DNA of 64,000 nt from Candidatus Micrarchaeota archaeon (lineage in GTDB: Archaea; Micrarchaeota; Micrarchaeia; Anstonellales; Bilamarchaeaceae): contig JAGVWJ010000008.1 in the NCBI GenBank assembly GCA_018304385.1, positions 32,308-96,307 on the forward strand, in the 5' to 3' direction. The notes below the pieces were generated by a model that had not been told where the DNA came from, searched no databases, and saw only the letters and a program-made list of their open reading frames with translations. The position numbers and the translations under genes were made by a program. How positions within the stretch are numbered: the stretch's first letter is position 1; each line of letters opens with the position of its first letter. This document shows positions 18,962 through 28,494 of the stretch, piece by piece.

Positions 18962-20389
18962 ATGACAACACCAAAATTAATCTTTGAGTATAATACGAAA
19001 AACACAGAGCATGTGCCAAACGAAAATGCAGAAGTTGATCTACCAAACGATCTAAAACGCAAAGAACTAAGCATTCCAGATGTAAACGAAGTAGATGTAA
19101 TCCGCCATTTCACAGAACTTAGCAAAAAAAATTATGGGGTAGATAATGGGTTTTATCCGCTTGGTTCATGCACAATGAAATATAACCCAAAGATAAATGA
19201 GGATGTAGCCCGTTTTCATGGCTTTGCTAATTTACATCCACAAAGCCCATTGCTAAACGTGCAAGGCTCATTGCAATTAATGTACGAATTAGAGCAAATG
19301 CTTTGCGAAATAACTGGAATGGATGTATTTAGCTTACAGCCATCAGCAGGCGCGCATGGTGAGCTTACTGCATGCATGATTACAAGAAAACATTTCGGTG
19401 CGAAACGAAATAAGGTAATAATTCCAGATAGCGCACATGGTACGAATCCTGCAAGCGCAGCAATGTGTGGATTTGAAATTGTAGAAGTGAAAACAAATTC
19501 TTCTGGTGGTGTTGATTTAGACGAGTTGAGAAGCAAGGTTGACAGTAATACTGCATTGCTTATGCTTACAAATCCAAGTACACTCGGATTATTTGAAGAG
19601 AACATAGTCGAAATAAATAAAATAATGCATGATGCTGGAGCGCTTACATATTGTGATGGAGCAAACATGAACGCAATGCTTGGAATTACACGGCCAGGTG
19701 ATCAAGGATTTGACATGATGCATTTAAACTTACATAAAACATTCAGCACGCCGCATGGTGGTGGCGGACCTGGTTCTGGGCCAGTTGGCGTAAAGAAATT
19801 CTTAGAAAAATATCTACCTGTCCCAAGAATAGTCAAGAAAGACGATAGCTACGCACTAGAATTTAACATACAGGAAAGCATTGGTCGCGTGCGAAGCTTT
19901 TTTGGAAACTTTGGCATGCATGTGCGCGCTTATACTTACATTAAGAGTTATGGAAAAATGCTAAAGCGCGTTTCGCAGATTGCTGTTTTAAATGCAAACT
20001 ACATAATGCGCTCTCTTGAGAATCATTATCAACTTCCATACAATAAAACCTGCGCACATGAATGTGTATTTTCTGGTGGGTCATTTGCCAAATATGGAAT
20101 TCATACAATGGATATTGCTAAGCGCTTATTGGATTATGGGTTCCATGCACCAACAATATATTTCCCATTAATTGTGAAAGAGGCAATAATGATTGAGCCA
20201 ACAGAAACAGAAGGCAAAGCAATGCTCGATGCGTTTATTAACACAATGAAAAAAATAGCTGAAGAGGCAGAAAAAAATCCAGATTTGTTACATAATGCGC
20301 CAGTCAGCACGCCAGTTGGGAGGTTAGATGGCGTTCGCGCTGCAAGACAACCAAATCTAAGATACGAGCCTGTTTGCAGGATATGCTAA
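18962..20389 (+). CDS. gcvPB: Glycine dehydrogenase subunit 2
   Basis: [38 protein letters not shown]. Confidence 0.97.
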   Translation: MTTPKLIFEYNTKNTEHVPNENAEVDLPNDLKRKELSIPDVNEVDVIRHFTELSKKNYGVDNGFYPLGSCTMKYNPKINEDVARFHGFANLHPQSPLLNVQGSLQLMYELEQMLCEITGMDVFSLQPSAGAHGELTACMITRKHFGAKRNKVIIPDSAHGTNPASAAMCGFEIVEVKTNSSGGVDLDELRSKVDSNTALLMLTNPSTLGLFEENIVEINKIMHDAGALTYCDGANMNAMLGITRPGDQGFDMMHLNLHKTFSTPHGGGGPGSGPVGVKKFLEKYLPVPRIVKKDDSYALEFNIQESIGRVRSFFGNFGMHVRAYTYIKSYGKMLKRVSQIAVLNANYIMRSLENHYQLPYNKTCAHECVFSGGSFAKYGIHTMDIAKRLLDYGFHAPTIYFPLIVKEAIMIEPTETEGKAMLDAFINTMKKIAEEAEKNPDLLHNAPVSTPVGRLDGVRAARQPNLRYEPVCRIC

Positions 20390-20431
20390 TTATTTTACAT
20401 GCGCATTCGCAAATCTACTGAACTTCGTTCG

Positions 20432-22384
20432 CTATCTTTTCAGCATAGCTGAAAATCTTTTTGCTAATTCATTAGCACCATCTGTACCAAGTGATGGATT
20501 ACCTTCCAACAAGAATAGGGCGACTGCTCGATAAAACTGTTTTAAACTATCTTTAACTACAAAGATTGTTCCATCATAAACTGGAACTCCAAGAACTAGT
20601 TTTGGCGGTCTGTAGTGAACACCTTCTTTCTCTAGTGCCTTTCGTATTTCTTCATCTTCAATATTATCTAAAGAGGGAACAGCAACAATATTGACGCTTC
20701 CATCATTTACTCTAATATAACCATGTTTCTTTGAAATATCTTTTCTTTTTATAAAGTCTCTAAAATCTGCAACTGCCTGTTCATATTTTCTTGCAATAAA
20801 ACCAGCATTAATTCCTTCAACAGCTCTTATTTCTAATTTTAAACCGTCAAATCTTTCAGTATAATAACTCGCATCTTTAATTCCAATATCTGCCAATTGC
20901 GATAAATTAACCCTTGTATCTCCAACATATGGAATTTGCACGCTTGGGATGTGGTCTCTTTTTATCCATCCAACATTTAATGCAACTACTGTTGCGCCAA
21001 TTAAAATTGCTGCAGTTGTTGCGATCTTAAAAGGAATGCGAACGCTGGCCTTAATTATTTTTCCAACAGTCCATTTTCTTTCTGGCTTGATTTGTTCTAC
21101 CTTACCTTCGCCTAGCTCTTGTGTCATTGCAATCTCAAAGTCCTCGCGAAATACACGCATGCTCGGAAATCTTTTTGCAGGATCTTTATCTAATGCACGC
21201 TGGAATACATCATTTAGAAACTTACCAGCTTTCACACCCATTTCATTTAAGCTAGGTGGCGGTTTTGAAAGATGACCCATGCGAGGATCATCTTCAAATA
21301 ATTTTTTCCCAGTTAATGCCTCTACGATTGTGGCAGCCAAAGAATAAACATCTGCTGCTGCAGTTAGCGGCTGCCCCAAAATTGCTTCCCTAGGCATGTA
21401 ATGAGGACTTCCCATACTCATTCCGGTCCTAGTCAAATGATCCTGATTTGACTCTCCTTGAATCTTTGCAATTCCAAAATCAGCTACCTTTACAAGTAAT
21501 TTTCCGCCTTCTTCTCTAACAATTATATTTGCTGGTTTTATATCACGATGTAGAACACCTTTGTCATGCGCGTATTCAAGCGCATCAAAAACCTGCCTGA
21601 AAATAGCTAGTAACTCTTTTTGAGATAACCTTTCTCTTTTTCTGTTTTTTTCAGCAAGAATATCTGCAAGGTTTTTTCCTTCGATAAAATTCATCACTAA
21701 TGCAGCTTCGCCTGTTGGAAGAAAATGATAATTATTAAGCTGAACTATGTTTGGGTGATCCAACATTGCAAGTGCTCTTGCCTCCTGCTCGAATCGTGCC
21801 CTAAATTCAGCACTTTGTGACATAACTAAAAGATTAAGGGATTTTATTGCAACCTTCTGACCAGTTACAGGGTGCTCACCAACGAATACATAACCCATAC
21901 CACCCATTCCGATGAGTTCTTTTACAACGAAACCGGAAATATTTGTATTAATAAATCTCTCTACATCTAAAAGTATTGATGTTGCTTGATCTAATGCGCT
22001 CGCTAGGATTTTCTCGTCTTCTTTTGTTTGTGGTACTGCGATAACTGCAATATTACCATTTTCCATTCGTGCAAGCTGAATAATTTTTACAACCGGGATT
22101 ATTTCTGCAATTAGAGCAGCGGTCTTAGCAATTCTTTCTTCTATACCATCCTGCAAGGTTTGCTCTCCAACAATTTTTATAAAAACCTCTTTTCTGCTTT
22201 CTGCATGTGAAGCAACATAAATATTGCCTATTGACCTTTGGACAAGATAGTTTGCAATCGTAGTTCCTATCATGGACGTGCGATTAATGGCTTCTGCTAG
22301 CGGCATTGGTTTTATTCCAACAGGAGTAATTCTTCTATCTGCTTGAGTTGGCCCAAGCACATCAACTCGTGGTGGTGTTGCCAT
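20432..22384 (-). CDS. Hanks-type Ser/Thr kinase with TM helix and C-terminal domain
   Basis: IGMGGMG, VAIK, HRDIKPANI, DFGIAK; hydrophobic span after the kinase domain. Confidence 0.92.
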   Translation of the reverse strand: MATPPRVDVLGPTQADRRITPVGIKPMPLAEAINRTSMIGTTIANYLVQRSIGNIYVASHAESRKEVFIKIVGEQTLQDGIEERIAKTAALIAEIIPVVKIIQLARMENGNIAVIAVPQTKEDEKILASALDQATSILLDVERFINTNISGFVVKELIGMGGMGYVFVGEHPVTGQKVAIKSLNLLVMSQSAEFRARFEQEARALAMLDHPNIVQLNNYHFLPTGEAALVMNFIEGKNLADILAEKNRKRERLSQKELLAIFRQVFDALEYAHDKGVLHRDIKPANIIVREEGGKLLVKVADFGIAKIQGESNQDHLTRTGMSMGSPHYMPREAILGQPLTAAADVYSLAATIVEALTGKKLFEDDPRMGHLSKPPPSLNEMGVKAGKFLNDVFQRALDKDPAKRFPSMRVFREDFEIAMTQELGEGKVEQIKPERKWTVGKIIKASVRIPFKIATTAAILIGATVVALNVGWIKRDHIPSVQIPYVGDTRVNLSQLADIGIKDASYYTERFDGLKLEIRAVEGINAGFIARKYEQAVADFRDFIKRKDISKKHGYIRVNDGSVNIVAVPSLDNIEDEEIRKALEKEGVHYRPPKLVLGVPVYDGTIFVVKDSLKQFYRAVALFLLEGNPSLGTDGANELAKRFSAMLKR

Positions 22385-22388
22385 TTTA

Positions 22389-23435
22389 TCATCTTTTTAA
22401 TAGCCTATCAAGTAGTCTTCTTCCTGGAGGCCTTGTATCGGTGGTGCTCTCAAGCGATCCTGCATTACGTAATCTTTCAAGGTCTTCTCTGACTTCAGTT
22501 GCTGAATCATATCTTTGCGTTTTATCCTTAGAAAGCAATCTTAATGCAACTGCTTCAAGTTCTTTTGAAACAGCAGCATTAAGCGTTCTAACTGCAGCTG
22601 GAGTACGCTCTATGTGCTGCGTTCTAATCATTAGGCTTCTTGTTTTTTCATCAGGATCATCGCTTTTAAATGGAACTGTGCCAGTAAGCAATTCATACAG
22701 AATAATACCAAAAGAGTAGAGATCAGCCTTTGCATCTACATTGCTGCTTGCTATTTGTTCTGGAGACATATATTCTGGGGTTCCCATTGTTACTCCCATG
22801 GTAGTACGTGTAAAACCTACACCACCTTCTATTCTTGAGACGCCGAAATCAATTATTTTTAATATACCATCTTCACATATAAAAATATTGTCTGGTTTTA
22901 AATCCCGATGAACTATTCCAGTACTGTGTATCTCTTCTAACGCTTCTAATATCAGAATACCCATTGCCACTGCGTCTTTTATTGGAATTCTCATATCTTT
23001 TAGTATATCAGATAGTACTGCTCCCTTAAGTAATTCAGTAACAAGAAAAGTAGCTTCTGTATCCTCAAAATAATCATAGCAGGTAAGTATAGAAGGATGG
23101 CTAAGTTGTGTTAGAAAGAATGCTTCTGCCCTAAAGCGTTGTGTTATTGCTGGATCTTTCCTTCCTATTTTTATCGCAATCTCGTCACCTACTGCTAAAC
23201 CATCCTCAAATCTTCTTCCCTTATATACCGCTCCGACACTACCATCTCCTATTTTTCTTTCTACTAGGTATGTGCCTTTAGTACCTTTAAGTCTCTTCGC
23301 GGTATAATCCTTGACTGGATCTTGGGAAAGAGGTTCCTTTCCAAAAAATGCAGTAGCCCTTCTGACAAATGCCTGCTCGCCACCACGTAGACTAACAGGT
23401 AGGACAAACATTAACTTAGTTCGTTGCTGACTCAT
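22389..23435 (-). CDS. Hanks-type Ser/Thr kinase, soluble
   Basis: IGDGSVG, AIK, HRDLKPDNI, DFG, GTPEYMSPEQ. Confidence 0.93.
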   Translation of the reverse strand: MSQQRTKLMFVLPVSLRGGEQAFVRRATAFFGKEPLSQDPVKDYTAKRLKGTKGTYLVERKIGDGSVGAVYKGRRFEDGLAVGDEIAIKIGRKDPAITQRFRAEAFFLTQLSHPSILTCYDYFEDTEATFLVTELLKGAVLSDILKDMRIPIKDAVAMGILILEALEEIHSTGIVHRDLKPDNIFICEDGILKIIDFGVSRIEGGVGFTRTTMGVTMGTPEYMSPEQIASSNVDAKADLYSFGIILYELLTGTVPFKSDDPDEKTRSLMIRTQHIERTPAAVRTLNAAVSKELEAVALRLLSKDKTQRYDSATEVREDLERLRNAGSLESTTDTRPPGRRLLDRLLKR

Positions 23436-23614
23436 GTCATATATTATAGAGGGAAATGTTTATAAAATCACCTTGAAACACAAAAAGTAACATACGTTTA
23501 AAACCTTGTGTATTTTCGTCAATTGACGTTTTTCTACCATAATTAGCAACATTGACTGCACTTTGATGCGCTTTTGCTTGCAATTTTTAAATCTGTTTTG
23601 CTAATTACTTACTC

Positions 23615-24493
23615 ATGACAAAACTGCCGCAAGGCGATGAGATACGCGAGTATGAGCACGTAAAAAAACTTACAAAGGATAAAAAACTACATACTATTTG
23701 CGTTGAGGCGCGCTGTCCGAATATAAATGAATGTTGGGCAGGCGGCACTGCAACATTCCTGCTTATGGGTGATATATGCACACGCTACTGTAGATTTTGT
23801 CATACTAAAAGCAGCCGTGAAGGATTACCAATGCATGAACTAGCCAGCGAACCAGAAAACTTGGCAAATGCAGTTGGAGAAATGAAACTTGAATATATTG
23901 TACTGACTTCAGTTGATCGCGATGATTTAGAAAATCAAGGTTCGCAGCATTTTGCAGATTGTGTACGCGCAGTTGAGCAGGCGCATCCAAATGTAATTAT
24001 TGAATTGCTTATTCCTGATTTCCGCGGAGATGAATCTTGTATAAAACGGGTTGTTGAATCTGGCGCAGAAGTAATTGGACATAACATGGAAACAGTTGAA
24101 AGCTTGCAGACAACTGTACGCGATCGACGCGCTGGTTATACACAAAGCCTGCATGTGCTTACTACAATAAAAAAATTAAATCCAAAAATTTATACAAAAA
24201 CCGCGCTTATGCTTGGTTTAGGTGAGAAAGATGAGGAAATAGAAAAAACAATGGATGATTTACGTGCAATAGATTGTGATATTATTACGTTTGGGCAATA
24301 CCTTCAGCCAAGTCGCAAGCATTTAGCAGTGCAAGAATATGTTACACCAGAGAAATTTAAACACTGGCAAAAGCGAGCAGAAGAAAAAGGATTTTTATAC
24401 TGTGCATCTGGCCCGTTCGTACGCAGCAGCTACCGTGCTGGCGAGTTTTTTATGAAAGGAGTTATAGAGAAAAGAAAAAAAGAAAAGAAATAG
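23615..24493 (+). CDS. lipA: Lipoyl synthase
   Basis: CVEARCPNINEC, CTRYCRFC, VRSSY motifs. Confidence 0.97.
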   Translation: MTKLPQGDEIREYEHVKKLTKDKKLHTICVEARCPNINECWAGGTATFLLMGDICTRYCRFCHTKSSREGLPMHELASEPENLANAVGEMKLEYIVLTSVDRDDLENQGSQHFADCVRAVEQAHPNVIIELLIPDFRGDESCIKRVVESGAEVIGHNMETVESLQTTVRDRRAGYTQSLHVLTTIKKLNPKIYTKTALMLGLGEKDEEIEKTMDDLRAIDCDIITFGQYLQPSRKHLAVQEYVTPEKFKHWQKRAEEKGFLYCASGPFVRSSYRAGEFFMKGVIEKRKKEKK

Positions 24494-24500
24494 CTTAAAT

Positions 24501-25844
24501 TTACTCTACACTCCAATTATATCTTTCTTCAGCTCTTGAAACCTTATCTCTTTCAATATAAGTTCTTGCCTTTTCTGAAAAGGTATTTGGATAAGTATCT
24601 TTTTGATACTCGATTTTTAATTTGGCGCGGGACCCTGATTCATCTATGTTAAATATTCCATAATATACGCTATCATGAGTAGTAATTACTATCTTATTGT
24701 TTTTATAATCAGCTTCCCAATCACCAGAAAGTATGACTGATCCGCTATCCTCTACCCCAACAACGCGCTGTTTTTTGTAATATTTTGTATTATTGGTGAA
24801 AAATACAAGCACATCAGGAGTTTCGTCAATTACCCATTGCTCTGACTTTAGATACCATTCACCAATAAGCTCTCCTTTATGGCCTTTATGAAACAAAATT
24901 GGATTAGTAAGATACGGTTCCCATGGCGTTGGCACGACTCCGGATACATCTTTGCCCTTTGAAAGTATTGGATCTACTTCTTTTAGATATTTTTCAACGA
25001 ACTGTTTTTTCTCATTCTCTTGTAAATAATCAAATGGAGAAACTAGTGTTGCTCCCTTTATGAATTTATACCAATGAACAACACCATCTCGCCTATGCTG
25101 ATCTGCAACATTAAATTCAGCAAACTGATATCCTGGCGCATGTGCAAATTTTTCACCATAACCAACTGGATCACCTGCCTTTACCTTATCACCAGGTTTT
25201 ACGAGAGATCTTTGAACATGCATATGCTCGCCCCAAAGCCCATCTCCATAATAAATAATTATATTGGGAGTATCAACTGAGCCCCCTTCTAGATCATTGA
25301 CGTAAACAACTACACCATCAGCCCAACTACGAATAGGAATATTATCTTTAATGGATATCCATTCATGATCTAATCCTTCAGCATGGCCTCCTGGATGCGC
25401 CCCATATGCGCCAATCTGAGCGTATAGTATATCCTCTAACTTGGCAGGTAATATAAGTCGTACAGAAGAAGCGCCTTCTGGCAATGGTTGTGTTACAGCA
25501 TCAGTAACCCATTCTTTAGGCTTTGCAGCCTCTGGCACTTCACATAATTCATGTGATAGGTTTTTATTACAAAAATCATTGCATCTTCCTACATTGCTCT
25601 TGCAAAAAACAAAACAATCTTGCAGTGATGAACAAAAACCCATTCCTTTTGTTTGTGTTAGATCCTCTTCTACAGGTTCAGCTTTTTGTTCTTTTTCTAT
25701 TTTTATCTCTGGTTTAGTTTCAGTTTTATTTTCCTTTGTAGATGTTTCAATTTTTGTTTCCTCTTTCTTCACTAATGTTTTATTTGTATCAGAGACATTT
25801 ACAGTTTTCTCCGTAACATTTTCTTGTTGAACACATCCGCTCAA
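24501..25844 (-). CDS. M23-family-like metallopeptidase, lipoprotein-like, signal peptide missing
   Basis: HAEGLD (HxxxD) and HMH motifs; VKPGDKVKAGDPVG; starts at LSGC. Confidence 0.7.
   Translation of the reverse strand: MSGCVQQENVTEKTVNVSDTNKTLVKKEETKIETSTKENKTETKPEIKIEKEQKAEPVEEDLTQTKGMGFCSSLQDCFVFCKSNVGRCNDFCNKNLSHELCEVPEAAKPKEWVTDAVTQPLPEGASSVRLILPAKLEDILYAQIGAYGAHPGGHAEGLDHEWISIKDNIPIRSWADGVVVYVNDLEGGSVDTPNIIIYYGDGLWGEHMHVQRSLVKPGDKVKAGDPVGYGEKFAHAPGYQFAEFNVADQHRRDGVVHWYKFIKGATLVSPFDYLQENEKKQFVEKYLKEVDPILSKGKDVSGVVPTPWEPYLTNPILFHKGHKGELIGEWYLKSEQWVIDETPDVLVFFTNNTKYYKKQRVVGVEDSGSVILSGDWEADYKNNKIVITTHDSVYYGIFNIDESGSRAKLKIEYQKDTYPNTFSEKARTYIERDKVSRAEERYNWSVE
25745..25843. repeat. 99-bp exact direct repeat, copy 1
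   Basis: Identical to 26800..26898; encodes SGCVQQENVTEKTVNVSDTNKTLVKKEETKIE. Confidence 0.95.
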
Positions 25845-25936
25845 TACGCTTTCATTACCAAATACCTAACCTTATAAATTTTTAATACTTGATAATAACA
25901 CGAAATGGTTCCAATTAGATTACCTTTATCCTAAAT

Positions 25937-26898
25937 TTATCTTTCAGTTATATTATGTAGTAAACATCCTGGAGCAACCCAAGCTTCTTGTTTGTAAACG
26001 TCTTTACCAATAAACTCTTCCCAATCATTTGCTAATCTATTTATTTTTTCTTTATACATTGGTTTTAATGAGTTGTCTAAAAATTCAAATGGGCAATACT
26101 TAATAATATTTTGACCCCCAGTCCATACATTAATCTCAACATTTCCAAATTCTATTTTTCCGTAAGAAGGGGATACTTCAGCTAGTTCTTGGCCCACTAG
26201 GACCTTGTCTCCGGGTTTTATACGCACATTATAAACATGCTCAAATCCAACGATCCAAGGAGAGGATTCATGAGTTTTTATAGAAATAAGATAGTCTTGT
26301 GACGGCTCGAAAAAATTCACATCTGTAATAACTCCCTCAATCGGGGATATAACTTTAGTGCCTACAGGAACATTAAACCCTATTTCTGGAAGCAGCTTGT
26401 CACCCATCTCATTAATTACTCTATGAGCAAACTCAGTAAAAATTTTATCGTCAACATAGTTCTTGTTTTCAAATAAAAAATCTCCCGCCATATTTGTTTT
26501 TCTGTCCCAAGGTTCTATTTTGATGCCTAAATTTTTTAGGACGGGCTCCATTTCTTGTAGTTTCTCTGTTTGTTCCGTTTCTTCTTGAGGTAGAAAAATT
26601 ATTTTGCATAGCTCATTCTTACTTCCTTTACAATATGATTCACAACGTCCGCGATTACTCAGGCAAAAATTTTTACATTCTCCTTCTCCTGTACATAAAT
26701 CACCAAGTTTAGGAATCTGGGATGCATTTGAAAGGATTGTTTTATTATATTTTTCCAAAGAATTGTTGAGAGTTGTTTCTGCAGGTAATATGGACTCGTT
26801 TTCAATTTTTGTTTCCTCTTTCTTCACTAATGTTTTATTTGTATCAGAGACATTTACAGTTTTCTCCGTAACATTTTCTTGTTGAACACATCCGCTCA
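25937..26898 (-). CDS. M23-like protein, paralog of 24501..25844; no credible signal peptide or start
   Basis: VISPIEGVI, GFEHV..VRIKPGDKV..GQ, YCPF; upstream ATG 26935 lies inside the divergent gene. Confidence 0.6.
26800..26898. repeat. 99-bp exact direct repeat, copy 2
   Basis: Identical to 25745..25843. Confidence 0.95.
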
Positions 26899-26915
26899 GA
26901 TTGCATAAGTAACTC

Positions 26916-27188
26916 ATGAAATCTGGAAAAAACATCTACAAAGCTGGAAAGCTAATTAAAATAGACTTGAAATACGATGACGCAATTCTAGAGATTAAGA
27001 TTCATGGAGATTTCTTTCTTTATCCTGAAGATGCGATAGAAAAATTGCAATCGCAATTAATTGGCACTGTCATTGACAAAAATGCAATAAAGACTCGAAT
27101 TGATTCAATTCTAGAACGAGAAGGCATCGAACCATTTGGATTCACAAGCGAACAGCTTGCTGAAGCGATTATTGGTGCTTGTAAATAG
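26916..27188 (+). CDS. Lipoate-protein ligase C-terminal domain protein (LplB-like)
   Basis: GKLIKI..IKIHGDFFLYPE; near lipA/gcv. Confidence 0.85.
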   Translation: MKSGKNIYKAGKLIKIDLKYDDAILEIKIHGDFFLYPEDAIEKLQSQLIGTVIDKNAIKTRIDSILEREGIEPFGFTSEQLAEAIIGACK

Positions 27189-27243
27189 CTTTTTAATCCT
27201 TTCTATAGTAACAGATGATCAAATCAAATTACGGTGAAAGAAT

Positions 27244-27342
27244 ATGATAAAGCCAATGAGAATGGAAGAAGAAGAAGATTGGGAAGACGAAGATTTCGAC
27301 GAAGAAGAATGGGATGAGGAAGAAGAAGAAGACGAATTCTAA
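27244..27342 (+). CDS. Small hyperacidic ORF (32 aa)
   Basis: Hand translation MIKPMRMEEEEDWEDEDFDEEEWDEEEEEDEF. Confidence 0.55.
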   Translation: MIKPMRMEEEEDWEDEDFDEEEWDEEEEEDEF

Positions 27343-27638
27343 TTCAATTTTTCTAATTCTACTTTTATTTCTTTTGTTTCTCCTCTATCTACACGAAATG
27401 CATCTACGTATCCGGTATAACCGTCCTTTGTTATTACTATTGTGTGCTTACCAGGAGATAATGAGACCTCTAAGGAGCCACTGGCAGGCGTAAACCCTCT
27501 AGGAACGTCATCTATAATTACCCTTGCGCCTTCTGGTAAAGAACTAATTTCTGCAAAACCTGTAGGCGAATTTGCCTTGCTAATAATTAGAAACAATAGA
27601 AAAAACATACCAGTTACAAAAACAACCTTTTCAGCCAT
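27339..27638 (-). CDS. PEGA-domain membrane-anchored protein
   Basis: ISSLPEGARVIID...G.TP..LSPGKHTIVITKDGY. Confidence 0.85.
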   Translation of the reverse strand: MAEKVVFVTGMFFLLFLIISKANSPTGFAEISSLPEGARVIIDDVPRGFTPASGSLEVSLSPGKHTIVITKDGYTGYVDAFRVDRGETKEIKVELEKLN

Positions 27639-27707
27639 CTAATCACCCTTAACATATTATAAAGAAATAACAATATAAATCATTCTGCAAGTATATTAAT
27701 AATTAAC

Positions 27708-28139
27708 GGGCCCGTAGCTCAGCCAGCCTTGAATTGCAAATTCAAGATTTGCAGGCAAGGCCTGCAATGGACAGATCGGCAGCCTTCTATGCCCAGCCTT
27801 TTTAGAATCTTGAGTATTTCTCATGGAAAAAAGGCTAGGCTTAACCCAAAAACTAGGATTACTTGTTTTGGGGCTCGACCTTTTCGACATTAAAATATAG
27901 AAGTGTTGAAAAGGGCGAAAGAGGATAGCTGTAGGACATGGGTTCAAAGCCATATCCCCTTTCTTAGGAAGAAAGGGGCTGAGTCATTCACCCCCAAAGA
28001 AGCGGTGATTGTCTGAGTTATACCTAAAATTGCCGACGCATGCTTTGCATGCGTCTAAAGCGCATTTATAAGAAAAATCTTAGGATAGCGCGGCTATTTC
28101 GCATAGGTATAACAATGGACGAAATTCCCATCGGGCCCG
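27708..28139 (+). tRNA. tRNA-Arg(UCU) with three introns (D-loop ~27726-27768; 37/38 27790-27926; 59/60 27949-28125)
   Basis: GGGCCCG/CGGGCCC acceptor; GCAGC-CT-TCT-A..A-GCTGT anticodon arm; ATGGG-TTCAAA|T-CCCAT T arm; CUUC/GAGG BHB central helix at 37/38; one D-stem mismatch. Confidence 0.85.
27949..28125 (+). ncRNA. 177-nt structured tRNA T-loop intron, copy 1
   Basis: Homologous to 55037..55213 with compensatory changes; relaxed BHB at 59/60. Confidence 0.8.
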
Positions 28140-28219
28140 TATTTTATTTTCCTATTTTAGCATGCTTTAAATTCCTTTTCTATTTAAAACATCTATTATA
28201 TAATCACTTATTCTAATTT

Positions 28220-28486
28220 ATGGATGTGGTTCTAATGGATTCAAAAATAAAACAGATAAATGAAATGATCGAACACTTGATAGGTGATACTACTGTTCCA
28301 AAAAATATTAGAAAGGTGCTAACAGAAGCGAATGGCCGATTAAAAGGTGCTGAAGAACCAATAGTAAAAGCTAGTGCTGCAATCTATCTTATTGAATCAA
28401 TAAGCGATGATATAAACATGCCTGCGCACGCACGAACGCAAATATGGGGGATAATTAGTGCATTGGAAGGGCTAAAAAACCAATAG
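28220..28486 (+). CDS. UPF0147-family protein
   Basis: D.TVPKNIR..L, DDINMPAHARTQIW..IS.LE. Confidence 0.9.
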   Translation: MDVVLMDSKIKQINEMIEHLIGDTTVPKNIRKVLTEANGRLKGAEEPIVKASAAIYLIESISDDINMPAHARTQIWGIISALEGLKNQ

Positions 28487-28494
28487 GCGATTTT

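Noticed and set aside
27696-27953. 85-aa minus-strand ORF
   Set aside because: Antisense shadow of the intron-containing tRNA-Arg
27949-28125. T-loop intron as a group I intron or hammerhead ribozyme
   Set aside because: AGGAUAGCGCGG resembles J8/7-P7, but there is no P3 partner, no terminal G and no 5' U; CUGAGUC is not the hammerhead CUGANGA; the ends fit a BHB
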